A stretch of 64,000 nt of DNA from Harriotta raleighana (GCA_050575255.1 JBNZDD010013687.1:1004373-1068372); one strand, 5' to 3'. Shown: positions 50,149-62,335, counted from the stretch's first letter. Notes: a model not told the origin generated them from the sequence alone. Translations and numbers: made by a program.

Positions 50149-51664
50149 CATTTGATCCATCAACTCAGTACTGACTCGCAGAGTGTAGATTGGGTCTGCA
50201 CTGACTCTGAATCCAGCACAGTCTTATGAGTTAAAAAGAGCTTTGATGGTTCTGTGTGAAAGATTTTGGGGGAGCTGAGGATTGTAAAATGTCCGTGATC
50301 GCTTTATATTCAGTGTATTCACAGGTCCTGCAAATTAAATTTTAATGACAAAAATGGTAAACATGTTGCATCGCTAAGGGTAAATTGTTCCGAGAGCATA
50401 GCTTTACCGGAATCAGAACAGGAAAATGTTGGAGGTTGAGCTAGTGGGCTAAGCTGGGAGTGGAGCCAATTTGGAGCGTAGCTGGTGGAAACGTACAGTT
50501 CAGTTTTGTGCAATTTAATTAGCAGTCCCAGGCAATACAAACTGTTCAATATGGAACACTCAGCAGTTTCACAATATGATAATTTTTCACAATATTGAAA
50601 GTCATCGTTTTGCAATAATAAAGAGCAGAGTCCCCATGTGTAAAAATAATTATTTCCCTTGACTTCTTGTATCACTTCAGTGGCTTTTCGTCAGCTGTTG
50701 GAAATCCGTTCTAGGCTGGGAGGGAGAAGAATTATTGAGCTTAAGACAGAGAGAGTTAAAAGTTGGGAGAAATCGCAAAATCAAGGCACAAGGGGAGAGA
50801 GCCAGGAGAGGAATGCAGACTTAGAAAAAAGGTGGGACAGAGCCAGAATAGTAATCATAAAGACAGGATGAAATTGGGAAAGGAATGATGGAGCTTGGAT
50901 TAGAGTGAGACACAGCTGGGAGAAGAATTACAGAACCAGGGCAGAGGCAGATAGAGCCAGAAAATAACTGACACAGCTTTGAAGAGAATGAATCAGAGCT
51001 GGAATAATAATCACAGCACTCAGAGAAGAGTTCAACAAAACCCATATCATAATCACAGAGCTTAGGACACACTGTTGTGGGATACATCCACGGACAGATA
51101 AACGGAGGGCTGAGAGAGGAATCATGAAACCCCAGAGCTTTGGGCAGATGCAGGAAAGGAAAATCTGTATGAAAAGAGGGCTCAGGAGACATGCATGTTG
51201 TAACGGGGATAGTAAATGATAGACAGAAAATACATTCTTGAATGAGAAACAGCCAATGGAAATCATTTGCCATTTCGCCAGTTTAGTTTCATTTTTATGT
51301 GACAATTGAGCAAAGACATACTTCAGACTGAGTTTATAGTTCTGGCTCCACATCCCTTTCTCCTTTTTTGTGAGTTCAATGCAGGTGAAACGGAACTCTG
51401 CTCACAGGCACCTTAGCAAATGTTTGTGGAGGCCCATACTGCATGTTGGTCAAGTTTGAATGCTTACTCATCTCCCCAGCATGATCTTTCTTCCGAGCAA
51501 GGTTTGTTTTCCTCCACTCAGGAAGCTAGAGCTTGTTGTGTGTTTCCAACACTTTCAGTGACCGAGGCTTTAGATACTACCTCCTAGCCTCTTGAACTGC
51601 CTCATTCTAACCCTCCTTCTCACCCTCAGTCCATCCGTATTTAAATCCTAGCTAAAAGCTTGAA

Positions 51665-51942
51665 TCTTTGTCCATGCTTATGGGAGCCTCCCTCTCCCCC
51701 ATCCATCTTTCTCCCTTGCTTGGCATCCAACCCCGTCTTTATGATGGACTCGTAAGACTTTTAAGGCAGGTCTTAAGTCCCTCCTCTTCGACCATGCGTC
51801 AGTCGCCCTACTACTCTGCCCTCCCTCATCCCAACTCTGCCCACCTACTCCTGCTCGGGTCCTGACTCCTGACTGTTCAGTGTCTTGAGACGTCCTCCTG
51901 AAATGAAAGGTGCAATACAAATGTAATTTTGTTGTTGTTGTT
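51665..51942 (+). mobile_element. L2-clade LINE 3' fragment
   Basis: Homologous to the reverse complement of 10.62-10.9 kb (tttaaggcaggtcttaag.ccctcctcttcgacc); ends gaaaggtgcaatacaaatgtaattttgttgttgttgtt. Confidence 0.8.
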
Positions 51943-52889
51943 AACCTGCGGTATATTAAAGCAATTTATTGTTGAACTGTAATCAATAGTACTTCATTCA
52001 GTTCATTGAATTGGTACAAATGGACCCATTGATAGAAGAAGAGTATTCTAGGGGAAATAACTTTAACCTAAAGAACTCTGCACAGAAGCACTGCTCCAAA
52101 CATGTCTAGAAAGTAACAAGAGAATACGCAATGTTTCCCTTTTACTGATTAGAGAAACAGTCTATTGAGAGTATCCCACATCAGTTCTCCCAGCCAGAAA
52201 GGCTTTGTGTCAGTTGGTGTACAATTGATCAGTCCTTCTGCCAGTGTGCTTAGCAGATGTTAGTCATGGAATAATAGAGCAATAAAAATATTTTGTATTC
52301 TGGCTTGACATGCAATGGGTAATAGGCATATTACCATGCCATTTTAATATTTTATTGCAGCGTGATCGCAGAACTGTCATCAATGTCTATAACATAAAGA
52401 TGGATAGGTTTCTGGGAGCTGAATAATAATGAAAAAGCTCAATGCTTAAAAGCACACCTGTTTTTCCACTCGGAGAGAGGACATGCTGCCTTCAAACTCT
52501 TGAACGAGCAATGCCAACAGAAAACACTTTGTGAGCAAACATCCCAAGTCATTTCATAAAACATGGCAGAAAGCAGAGGATTTCAGAACACAAACCGCAG
52601 AGGACCTTGGGTCACAGTGGATGAATTCCAATGTGACCGTAAGTGAACACTGTGTTTTGCTTCATGTCTTCTAAGGTGTTTTAATTGTTTTCCCCACTTT
52701 GTTTGGGGTACAGATCCATTGGCATCAGCTACTCTTTAGTATCTTTCCCCATGCGTTTTTATTCATTAGCAATCTATAGCAGGAACACTGCATGGTTTCC
52801 CATTCTCTAACTTGGATTGTTAAAACCAACCACAGCACCCACTGAGTTGATCTAATCCAGCCCCCAAAAGTTCTTCAATGTCCAGCTAA

Positions 52890-53040
52890 ACAGGCAGCAA
52901 AACCACAGTTGAATGTCTCATCCAAAGGACGGCATCTCCGACAATGTAGCTCTCTGCCAATACAATATCGGAGTGGACAACCTATGAAGTGAGGGCTTTG
53001 GAGCTCAAAGGCCCCAACATGGGACTCCAGCCCACAACCT
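52890..53040 (-). mobile_element. Deu-type SINE remnant
   Basis: aatgtctcatccaaaggacggcatctccgacaatgtagc...gggactccagcccacaacct. Confidence 0.6.
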
Positions 53041-54253
53041 CAGTATTTTCATCCTAAGTACGTCTTGTTTTTATATTCCTACCTCGTGATTTTGTCTTAG
53101 CTTAAAACAATGATATTAATTTCTGTTTAGAGCCATGATGTGAGCAGAAAACCCTATCTGCAGAGGCGTTTTTAACAAGAAACGCACTGACAGGCCCCTC
53201 ATATTGCGGGTCGAAATGGGAGGATGGAAGGATTTGAGTGTGCTGTGCTTTTGTCTTTTGTTAAATATAGCGAAAAACAGAGCTCTCTCCGCAGCCCGGC
53301 GGAGCAGGCTGTCCGCGCACTTATTAAACTTACCATCAGTGACGGCCCCCTAACAAAATTGCACCGAGTAGTTTGAAGTCCTAAAAACTCCTCTCCCTAT
53401 CAGGTGTTCAGTCTGTACAATGTTTAGCCAAAGTGCAGAAACAACATTATAATGCTCGAGGAAAAAAGTGGTAAGCACGGAAGAGAGAGAAATTGAGTTA
53501 CCATCAGCAAAGTAGTTTCAGAAGTTGCATCCGCCAACTTTAAACTGGCACCAGTCAAACATGTAAACCACTTCAGTAGGTAAACTCGTACATGTACTAT
53601 AAAATTAAAAGGAATACTTTACCTTAGAGTCTCTATGAGCAATCCGTCAACAAATGCATTTTGGAATAATATTCAACACAAATAAGTGAAAAAAGATTGA
53701 TTGGAATGTATAAATAAGGCAATAATGGTGTTTCTCTCCACTTCTTTCTGAAAAGCATTCACAAGTTATGCTTGTAAACATCAGGCACATATGGTACCTA
53801 TCTATAAATCACTTCCTGTTTTTAAGTGCCTGTGTGCATAAAATCTACACAAAAGTCACTCAGAAATATAAGACGTCCTTTATACTCCATATCAGTAGGG
53901 GACTTCACGTGGAACTGAAATGCAGTAAATACTTAAGATTTGCATCCAAGTCTATCCACAAATACAGTAAATCTTAAACCAGTTCTTGTTTACACACATG
54001 AAAGTGTAGTGGAGACTAGTCGTACTTTAAATCACAGGGTTTGATCAGGGACATGTTGGTCAAGCCATGAATCATAAGCAACACTTTCCCCGATGGCAGC
54101 ACCTTGTGAGAGGAAAAAACCTTGGAAAAATGATGCATCTGATCACTTATATGTTAAAAGTGATGTTAATTCAGCAAGATTGCATGCAATGAATCCAAGT
54201 TTATATTATAAAATTCTACATTCAAGTAATGATACTGCCAATAGTAATTCAGT

Positions 54254-54603
54254 GGAGTCCTGTAGCTTAGTGGTTAGAGCACAATCCTGAGGCAGGGTGT
54301 AATGTTGGGCAAGTTTCCTTTACTCAACATACAGTACTGTTTATGTAGCAGTAAGTTGGAACCTGGTTGTTAGTTGATTCGTGGTCGCCTTTCTGGGGGT
54401 AATAATCCCATAAAAAATAATAATATTATTTTGGTCAATCAATCCACATCTATTTGTGAGAGACTGCTATGCGGTATAGGCATGTGAGTTTCTTCCACAA
54501 ATATGCACTCAATTTACTTTACAGCATATTCTGTGAAGTGCTTTGAGACTTCTCGAAGATGTGATAAGATACTACTGTATATCAAATGCAAGGATTATTA
54601 TTA
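54254..54603 (+). mobile_element. tRNA-derived SINE, long form
   Basis: GGAGTCCTGTAGCTTAGTGGTTAGAGCA head, an extra central segment gtttatgtagcagtaagttggaacctggttgttagttgattcgtggtcgcctttctgggg, and a (TTA)n tail. Confidence 0.85.
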
Positions 54604-55942
54604 TATTTTCTCATTGCCGATTTTCTAACCTACAAACTGTATTTTTGGCAATAATGTGGTTGCCATCGAAAATAATTTACCCAGTGTCCTGGCCAACTAT
54701 CCCCCAGATAAAACTGGTCACTGACTTCATGGCTGTTTGGGGGGTGTTGCACTGTGCAAATTGGCAACCTTGTATGCCAACAAAATACACAGTCACTACA
54801 CTTCACAATAATTCCTTTGAAGCTCTTTGAGACATTTCAACAAAATGATACGGTGCAATATCAAATGCAAGATTATTATTATCAGTATTAGCGTGATACA
54901 AAATATTTTAAGTTGAATTCGTTTCCTGGGTATGTGGCATGTGCGGTATACCGTATTCGGTGGGATTGTTTTTGGCATCTCACTTAGAATGTGGCTTCTG
55001 AGCTATTAAAATGCACAGCCTGCCTAAAGTTTATCAAGTCTTAATTAAAAGGAATGACTCAAGCCTGTTTGCCTATTCCCCCCAGTGATCGAAAAAAGGT
55101 AAAAGAACATTCAGAGTGTCTCTACTTCTGTTGCGATGTTTCACACTGAAATGTGCGTGGTACAGATTTATATTTCAATTCACTTTTACCATGTGGTTAT
55201 GAGTGAGATTACCTGTTTAGTGGAGTTTCTGCAATGGCAAATGATTCTCAACTGGGCTTCTTAACATTTAATATTCATTTGCCCAGCTAATATATTCATA
55301 GCCTTGGGCAATAACCTTACTGTGTATATTTTAGTCTTGCAAGTTTGGAGGACAAAAATGGTCACAGCTGGTAACAAATTACCGTATGCATCAGTTTCTT
55401 TGAAGCATGGAACATAAACTTTGTGTGTGTTAAACAAAGTGTTTCTAATACCTTTCATATACAACTTCTAAAATTCCTTTTGGTATGCTTGTTTTTTTAA
55501 CCATGGTTACATACAGAAATTATGTATAAACAGACAACCAATAAGCTAATACCTTTTACACAGATCTTGTGTGACTGAGGTGAATATTGATTGGTATGTA
55601 ATATAACAGTTAAATGCGCTAATCCATGCAAATTTTGTCTTTAAAAGCCACATTATATAGTTATTCAGCTCCACTGTGATTCTGTTGAAAATTTGTGACT
55701 TCTTCCTAATTTGGAATCTCAGCTTCAAGTAAAATAATATCTAGACTGGAGGCTTTTCAGGTGATTGCAATCAATATACTGTATTTTCCAAGCACAGTTG
55801 CTGAAAGTTATCAACTTGTCAAAGGTTGAAACATTTCCCTGTAGGGAATAGAAAGCTCTTTTTATCTTATTGCAAAGATAGATTAGGTACAATTCTGCCA
55901 TCAAATGTGATACAAACCCAAACATTTCTGGAAAATGTTTTT

Positions 55943-56007
55943 TGGAAAATTAAATGATTTTTGATGGAAAATTAAATGATTTTTGATGGAAAATTAAATG
56001 ATTTTTG
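55943..56007. repeat. Tandem repeat, 22-bp unit x3
   Basis: TGGAAAATTAAATGATTTTTGA starting at 55943, 55965 and 55987. Confidence 0.95.
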
Positions 56008-57739
56008 TTTGAAAATAACACATTGAATGACCTTTATGTAGTCTGACCAGGAATGAATTTTTTAAAAAAAAGACAATATGCTGATCTTAGCAAATCCATC
56101 TTTTTGCATTAAACATTACTGTCAACATTAGCTGTTATTCATATACTTGAGAATCTGACTAATAATCAAGGAACAAACCTGTTGCAGAGCTTCATTCATC
56201 TTACTGTCTAGTTAGACCCTACTAAAATAGTACATATCTGTTCCAACCAACATTCTTGAAAGGTATAACAAATAGCTGAACTATTACATTCCTGTTCACA
56301 TCATGTTTAGCAACTACTTTCCTATTATACAACACTGTTTACTCTATTGGTTGATTTTCAACTAAAAGCTGAATACTGTGACGCGCAAAATCGTTGTCGT
56401 CAGTTCTGGTCAATTGCATTTTACTATCTCTGCATGTGTGTGCATTTACTCCAAATGTTTCCCAATTTACAGAAACTGCAGCCATGTAATTGTGCAAAGA
56501 TTGTTCTCGAGACAATTCCAAATTTACTCCTACTTATCCTTCAGCTGCCAACTCAGAGCAGACGCTTGATAAATCACCCTCTTTCCTTTCACAACAGTTG
56601 CAGAAACAAAACGGATGCTGCTGTTAGTGTGTTTGTGCAAAAATATTGGAACACAGCAAATGGTATTCACCATGCTGTGTTCATATTGGTAAACTCATCC
56701 TCAGCACTGAGGGGTGTTAATTATATTAATTATATTATATTAATTCATATTAAGGACCACTGAGTGACTTATAGTATGCAATCCTATAACAAGAAAGCAC
56801 CACATTTCAGCTATAATTTCAAGGAGAATGAGGGCCCTAACTTATTCAAAGCTGCGGTATGTTTTCAGTAAATTGTATTTCATATTTGCAACATCCCTTG
56901 TAATATGTGGAGTGCTTTAAATTTCAGCCTACTGTAATGTGTTACTTCCTCACATATTTGATATACAGATTAAGAACAAAACAAATTAAATGATTTTTGG
57001 TTGATAAAGCCATGACAAAATTGCTGATTTAACCCCTTACTGCAATTGCTTAGGTTCACAAGAAAACAATCACCTGTGTTTCGCCTTTAGCATAGAATTT
57101 GCTCAAATCATATGACAAAACATCAACTTGTTATTAATTATAATTAGGATTAAATTACCTCTGATAAAGGAGAGTGTAACAAGTGACTATCCTCTGCCTC
57201 TGTTGTGATAGAAGGGCAAATAAAATGTCAAATAATATTTGCTCTCTGTTATTACTATCATAAACAATGGGAAAAGGAAACGTATGTATAATTTCCTAAA
57301 TTATTACCATGTGTATGAAAACAAGCAGGAACACATACCTGTTACTATGAATCAGTATCCAAGATCACAAATCTGGAATAACAGATGAGGTATTATATAT
57401 AGGTATAACACAACCCCAACTGAGCTAAACCTATGATTAGATTGTAATACTGGGGATTAGTGATACCGTTTCCAACAGTAAAGCGCTTAAAAGCCTGATT
57501 TATATTCCCAGATACTAAATCACATGCTCGGGATTGATGAGAGTCGAGAGCATGCACAACTATGCCGACCTCAACAGTAGATCCTAAGCTTTTAATGTTT
57601 CTAAAGACCGTGTCTAATATTACTAAAGTGTTCTGTCTCCTTTGCTTCTTTTAATGCTTGTTTCTATGTTCCATGTCCATTGCTTTCATCCCTTTGAATA
57701 GCGGAAGTATTTTGCACCTTTTTTTTAACCGCCATCTAT

Positions 57740-57860
57740 GGGGAGCGAGCAGGGCAGTGGGATTAAATCGCTCTTTTCAAAGAGCCGGCACAGACTAGAT
57801 GGGCCGAATGGCCTCCTTTTGTGCCGTAAACTTCTATGAATCTATGAATCTATGAATCTA
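57740..57860 (+). mobile_element. CR1 3' terminus
   Basis: Reverse complement of the 22.5/31.06 kb end (gcacagactagatgggccgaatggcctccttttgtgcc), followed by (TCTATGAA)n. Confidence 0.85.
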
Positions 57861-57865
57861 CAAAG

Positions 57866-58155
57866 TGAAGTCTGGTATTTTAGTAGTTGGAGCACTTACC
57901 TCAGAAGCAAGCGGACCTGGATTTGATTCCTGGTTAGGACAAAACGTTGGGCAAGTTTCTTTAATTCACACGCCTTTGTTTACCTGGCAGTATGTAGGAA
58001 CAACCTGGTTGTTAGTTGATTGGCGGATCGCTTTTCCAGGGGCGATAATCCCTTCAAAAAAAGTAACAATTTGGTCACTCAATCCACATGGGATACTGGG
58101 ATAATGCTGTGCACAATCAACTACCACGTTTCACCCACAAAATATACAGTCAATT
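57866..58155 (+). mobile_element. tRNA-derived SINE, long form, 3' truncated by an L2 tail fragment
   Basis: Degenerate head, ttgggcaagtttc, and the same extra central segment as the 54.3 kb copy. Followed by an inverted (AAC)n L2 tail at about 58156-58210. Confidence 0.75.
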
Positions 58156-58915
58156 AACAACAACAAAATTATATTTCTAAAGCGCCTTTCACATTGGCAG
58201 GATGTCTCAATATACCTGTACTTTACAGGTGCTAAGGCACGATATAAAATGAAGGGTTAGTCATGTAATCAAATGGAAATGGTTAGATAAAGATTTTAAG
58301 ATTCATCCCAGCATTAGTAAATGAAGAGGTGGTAATAGAGTGTATGAGATCAAATATGGTATGAAATTCACATGGTGTATATTGTATACGTGAGCATGGA
58401 TTAGTTGGGACTGTTCCAATGCTGTAGATTTTATGTAATTCTACATGTGGAAGCAAGGTGACCTGGATTTGTACTAATCGTTGGAATATAATCTAATATA
58501 GTGTTGCGAATTGCTCTTTTCCAAGTTTCCTTCATGTAGGGACTCACTGCCAAAGTACAAAAGGAGTGGAGATTAACTTTATTTTAAAACACTATTAGAA
58601 ACAGAAGAAAGCAATAAACACAAATAGCAAATGAAAACAACATTAAAAGCAAAACTATTTTTATTATGGGATGGATATTAAATGTGTTTTTCACAAAAGA
58701 AGATGACAGGCAAATGCCAGATCCAGTAAAGATGGCTAAGGAATATGTGGAATTAATAGAGCATGTTTGTGTTTTTTACCAGAATCTGGAAGAATTACAT
58801 TTCTGGAAAGCACACCGGCTTGACTCAGTGTATCCAAAACCTGCGTGAGAGTAAAAGACAGTTATAAATGAGTGTCCACAGGGTTCAGGTGTAGGACGCT
58901 GAGGTCGATAGTTTA

Positions 58916-59122
58916 TAATAATAATAATCAAATAATCCTTGCATTTGATATCGTGCTTTTCACGTCTTCTAGCTGTCTCAAAGAGCTTCACAGGATATAT
59001 TGTGAAGTGAATTGACTGTATATTTTGGGGGCAAATTGCATCAGCCGATTGCGCTCAGCAGTGTTCCACAAACAGCCGTGAATTAAAATGATCAATGATT
59101 GTTTTTTGTTGACAGATTATTA
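58916..59122 (-). mobile_element. tRNA-derived SINE 3' half
   Basis: aataatccttgcatttgatat...gcttcacaggatatattgtgaagtgaattgactgtata... Similar partial copies lie near 7160-7275, 7650-7750, 8020-8185, 28280-28437, 37350-37500, 39040-39120, 40550-40765 and 54680-54885. Confidence 0.8.
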
Positions 59123-60770
59123 GTTTCAACTCCTCATACATTCCCACATTTCAGGAGCACATTTCTCCCACAAAATATATGCTCAATTCAATTTAGAGTG
59201 TATTCTGTGAAGGAAATGCAAGGATTATTATTAGTATTATTTCTCTCAACACTGTAAACCCTTTCTGAAGGTGCCTCACTATGTAGTAGGACTTCCCAAC
59301 CTCTTTGTTCCTCACCTCTACAATGTGATGTGATCCACCACATTTTTAATTGAAATTATTGTTTGCCAGGTATGCATTTTTCTCTCTCCCCACTGTTCCT
59401 GGTTAGACATGACCTAGGTATACAGGAATACATTTCACTTCAATCACTTGCTTTAAAGTTGTCTAACCTTAAAGGAGCACAGGCCATAGCCTTGCATATT
59501 CATGTACAAACAAAGCAAACATTTATCAGATGGCTGGCAAAGACCTCATTGGGGAAATCATAGCCAAAAAATACTAAATGCTATTGAAGCAAGATGACAC
59601 ATCAGTTTATTCTCACCTTTTATGATTCAGCTATTAACACATTCTGAGGCTTGTGCTACATACCTATGAGTCATTTGTGTATGATTAATGGTGGTAACTA
59701 CAGTACGAAAGGATAAAAGGTCAACTTAGATCAGTGGAGTGCACTGTGGCTGAAAAGAAATATCCATAAGCAAATTGGCTTGATCTTATCAGAATCCTAG
59801 TGCATGAGAAATGAATATGGATCAAACGTGCTCCTAAATAGATCTAGCTTATCCCTCACTTGTTTAAAGTGGACTCCTCTACTGCCTTTCAAACCTAAAC
59901 CTATAGTACTAGAAAACATATTGCCACATGGAAATCCTTACTCTACCACCCTAATTATTTTTCGACTGCCCAGAGTCTTTTGATCTACTAGTTCCACATA
60001 CTGGGTGCCCAATTTAACACTTGACTAACAAGTAAGATCAAATAACAAGATTAAGTGGATAATTTTGGTAAACCTGCATTCGTATTTAGTTTCCCATTAC
60101 TCATAAGTGGACAGCATTACTAATCACCCCCAAACTCCGTTCAGTGATATATTCGTATAATTTTTTTTTTAAATACCCATTTATAGTGCTATGATAGAGA
60201 ATTCTCTATTCACTGTGCTGTCCCAGCAGTCACACTCCCCACACCTGCCTTCAATCAAAATAGTTTGATTAAGCTGTGTTAATGCCCAGGTGGGCCTTTA
60301 TATTGAGAAAGATTCATAAACTAGGGTGATATTTATTGGATTTCAGGAGGTTGTGGGGTGATCAGTTTGAGGTATCTCAAATAATACAGCATTATTCGAT
60401 TGACACGCCTTTTGCCCACGAAACACACAGTCCTCTTGGCATGAAATGTGTTATTATATAAAGTAAAATTATATTGAAATTAATTGTTAAATTAAATGGA
60501 ATTGAAGGATTATTATTGATAATGAAGAATATTAACAAAGTAAACAGTGATGACTTCTCACTTTAGTTGGAGAATTTATGACAGAGGATGTAACTTTCAA
60601 ATTAGAGTTAAACTAGTTAATTTGGAGTCCAGGGAAAAAAAGCTTTTACATAAAGGTCGTTGAGAATATGGAACAGAATATCTCAGAAAGTTACAGATAC
60701 CACTTTGATTGGGTTGATCATTGGAGAGATAGTTAGGCATGTGATGAATAAGAATATTCAGCAGTATGAA

Positions 60771-60771
<1 letters not shown>

Positions 60772-60802
<31 letters not shown>

Positions 60803-61120
60803 CCTTGCATTTGATATAGCGCTTTTCACATCTTATCAACGTCCCAAAGCGCTTCACAGAATATACTGTAAAGTGAATTGACTGTATATTTGTGGACGGA
60901 ACGCGGCAGCCAATTGCGCACAGCAGTGTCCCACAAACAGTCATGGATTGAAATGAACAATTTTATTATTGTGTTTTTTTTTTGGAGGGATTATTATTAG
61001 GCATGTGGAGTAAGGAAACTTGCCCAAGGTTTCGCCCTGATCTGCCTGGATTCGAACACAGGTCTCATGCTTGTAAGGCATGTAAGGCGAATGCTCTAAC
61101 CACTGAGCTACAGGAGCTCC
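60772..61120 (-). mobile_element. Full-length tRNA-derived SINE (short form) with (TTA)10 tail, inserted into a CR1 remnant
   Basis: Reverse strand GGAGCTCCTGTAGCTCAGTGGTTAGAGCATTCGCC...GTGTTCGAATCC (A/B boxes). It is the least diverged copy and keeps its CpGs. The left flank 60560-60770 resembles a CR1 ORF2 end. Confidence 0.92.
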
Positions 61121-62253
61121 ACGGGGTTGGGGAAACAAACTAGAGAGTTGCTGTAAATTAATGACAAGCAATCTTGATACACCAAATATCATACTCCTGC
61201 TCTTTTTTTCCTGTAATAAATTCTGTTGAAAACTTAAAGATAATCTGGGAAAATTGATGCAGAACTTTCATTGCTTTTGCCAAACTTCTAAGGGTTTGGA
61301 GCAGGAGATTCCTGGCTCCACCAAGAATCACAAACAGAAAGGGAATTGGTTCTGCCAAGCCCCTACTCATCCAGTCTACGTAAAGCACTTGATCAATGCT
61401 ATGAATTCCTTTGCCACAGAACGAAGAGTGTCTACAGTACTGCCTTCCTTCAAAGAGTGCACAGCAATTAGCAGCAACATAGTCATTGTTAAAGTGATCC
61501 ATCATCTACATGGAGTCAGCCCTAAAATTAAGACATATTCTACTATCTTTCCCTCATCTTAGATCGTTCTGGGTAGCCCTATGTCAAGGTTCATCAGGTA
61601 AAACCTGGTATGTGAATGTATTACTCACATATAAATTATGTTTTTGTAGATACCTGTGATTTTGCTTCCGATGTTCCTCAAAAAATTCAACCCTTGTGAT
61701 TGCTTCAAGACGTTATCTGAAGTGAAAGTGTTATAAAATGCAAATTGTTGTTGTTATTCATATTTAACGGTTTCTGTGTGGGTTTTACATGTTTCTAAAA
61801 TAGGATTATTAATGTTTTATTGTTTCATATGGTGGGGCTTTATATGAATTAGATAAGACCTTGGAATGTGACTGGGATCAACTCTCCCATTTCAAAACAT
61901 AGGGATCCCAGCCATATTAAAATTGATTCAGTCTGATGTGATTCTGCTCTACAAGGACCTACTAATCTAATAAGGATTTAAACTGGCGTTTAACTTTGCA
62001 ATGTTGGGTAACATTCCCAATTTAGGGAAGGGCAGCCAAAATATAATGGCAGGTTATGTTTGAGAAGGATTAGATCGTGGTTTACGATAATGTGCATAAA
62101 AAAATCTCTGGAAGAGGGCTCAATTTTGTCCATTGGTTTGGTGGGTGTGTTGCGCTTACACGATCCAAATTATTGCTATTATCATTTGTTCTTTTCAAAT
62201 GTTCTGGGTTTGACTTAATGGATAACCAATGGGCATTTCTGAAATAATTTCAG

Positions 62254-62335
62254 GTTGAGAGAGGCGCAACTCTCTGTAAAGAAGATAACAGCAGAGAAGA
62301 AGGTTGAAACCAAGAAAATAAATCCTAATAGTCTG
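62254..62335 (+). CDS. FMN1: Formin-1 penultimate coding exon (C-terminal tail leading to the FSI motif)
   Basis: aatttcag|G...CTG|gtaaga; 82 nt, phase 2/0. Encodes (R)LREAQLSVKKITAEKKVETKKINPNSL; KKVETKKINP is FMN1-like. No stop codon, so the final exon lies beyond the window. Confidence 0.93.

Noticed and set aside
57727-57745. CTCF-like CCCATAGATGGCGG on the - strand (and a weaker one near 46603-46616)
   Set aside because: It has mismatches at core positions, and the 57.7 kb match straddles a CR1 insertion junction.
61030-61120. tRNA-like sequences (also at 13290, 28858, 36505, 54254)
   Set aside because: They have A/B boxes but no complete cloverleaf and run directly into SINE bodies, so they are SINE heads rather than tRNA genes.
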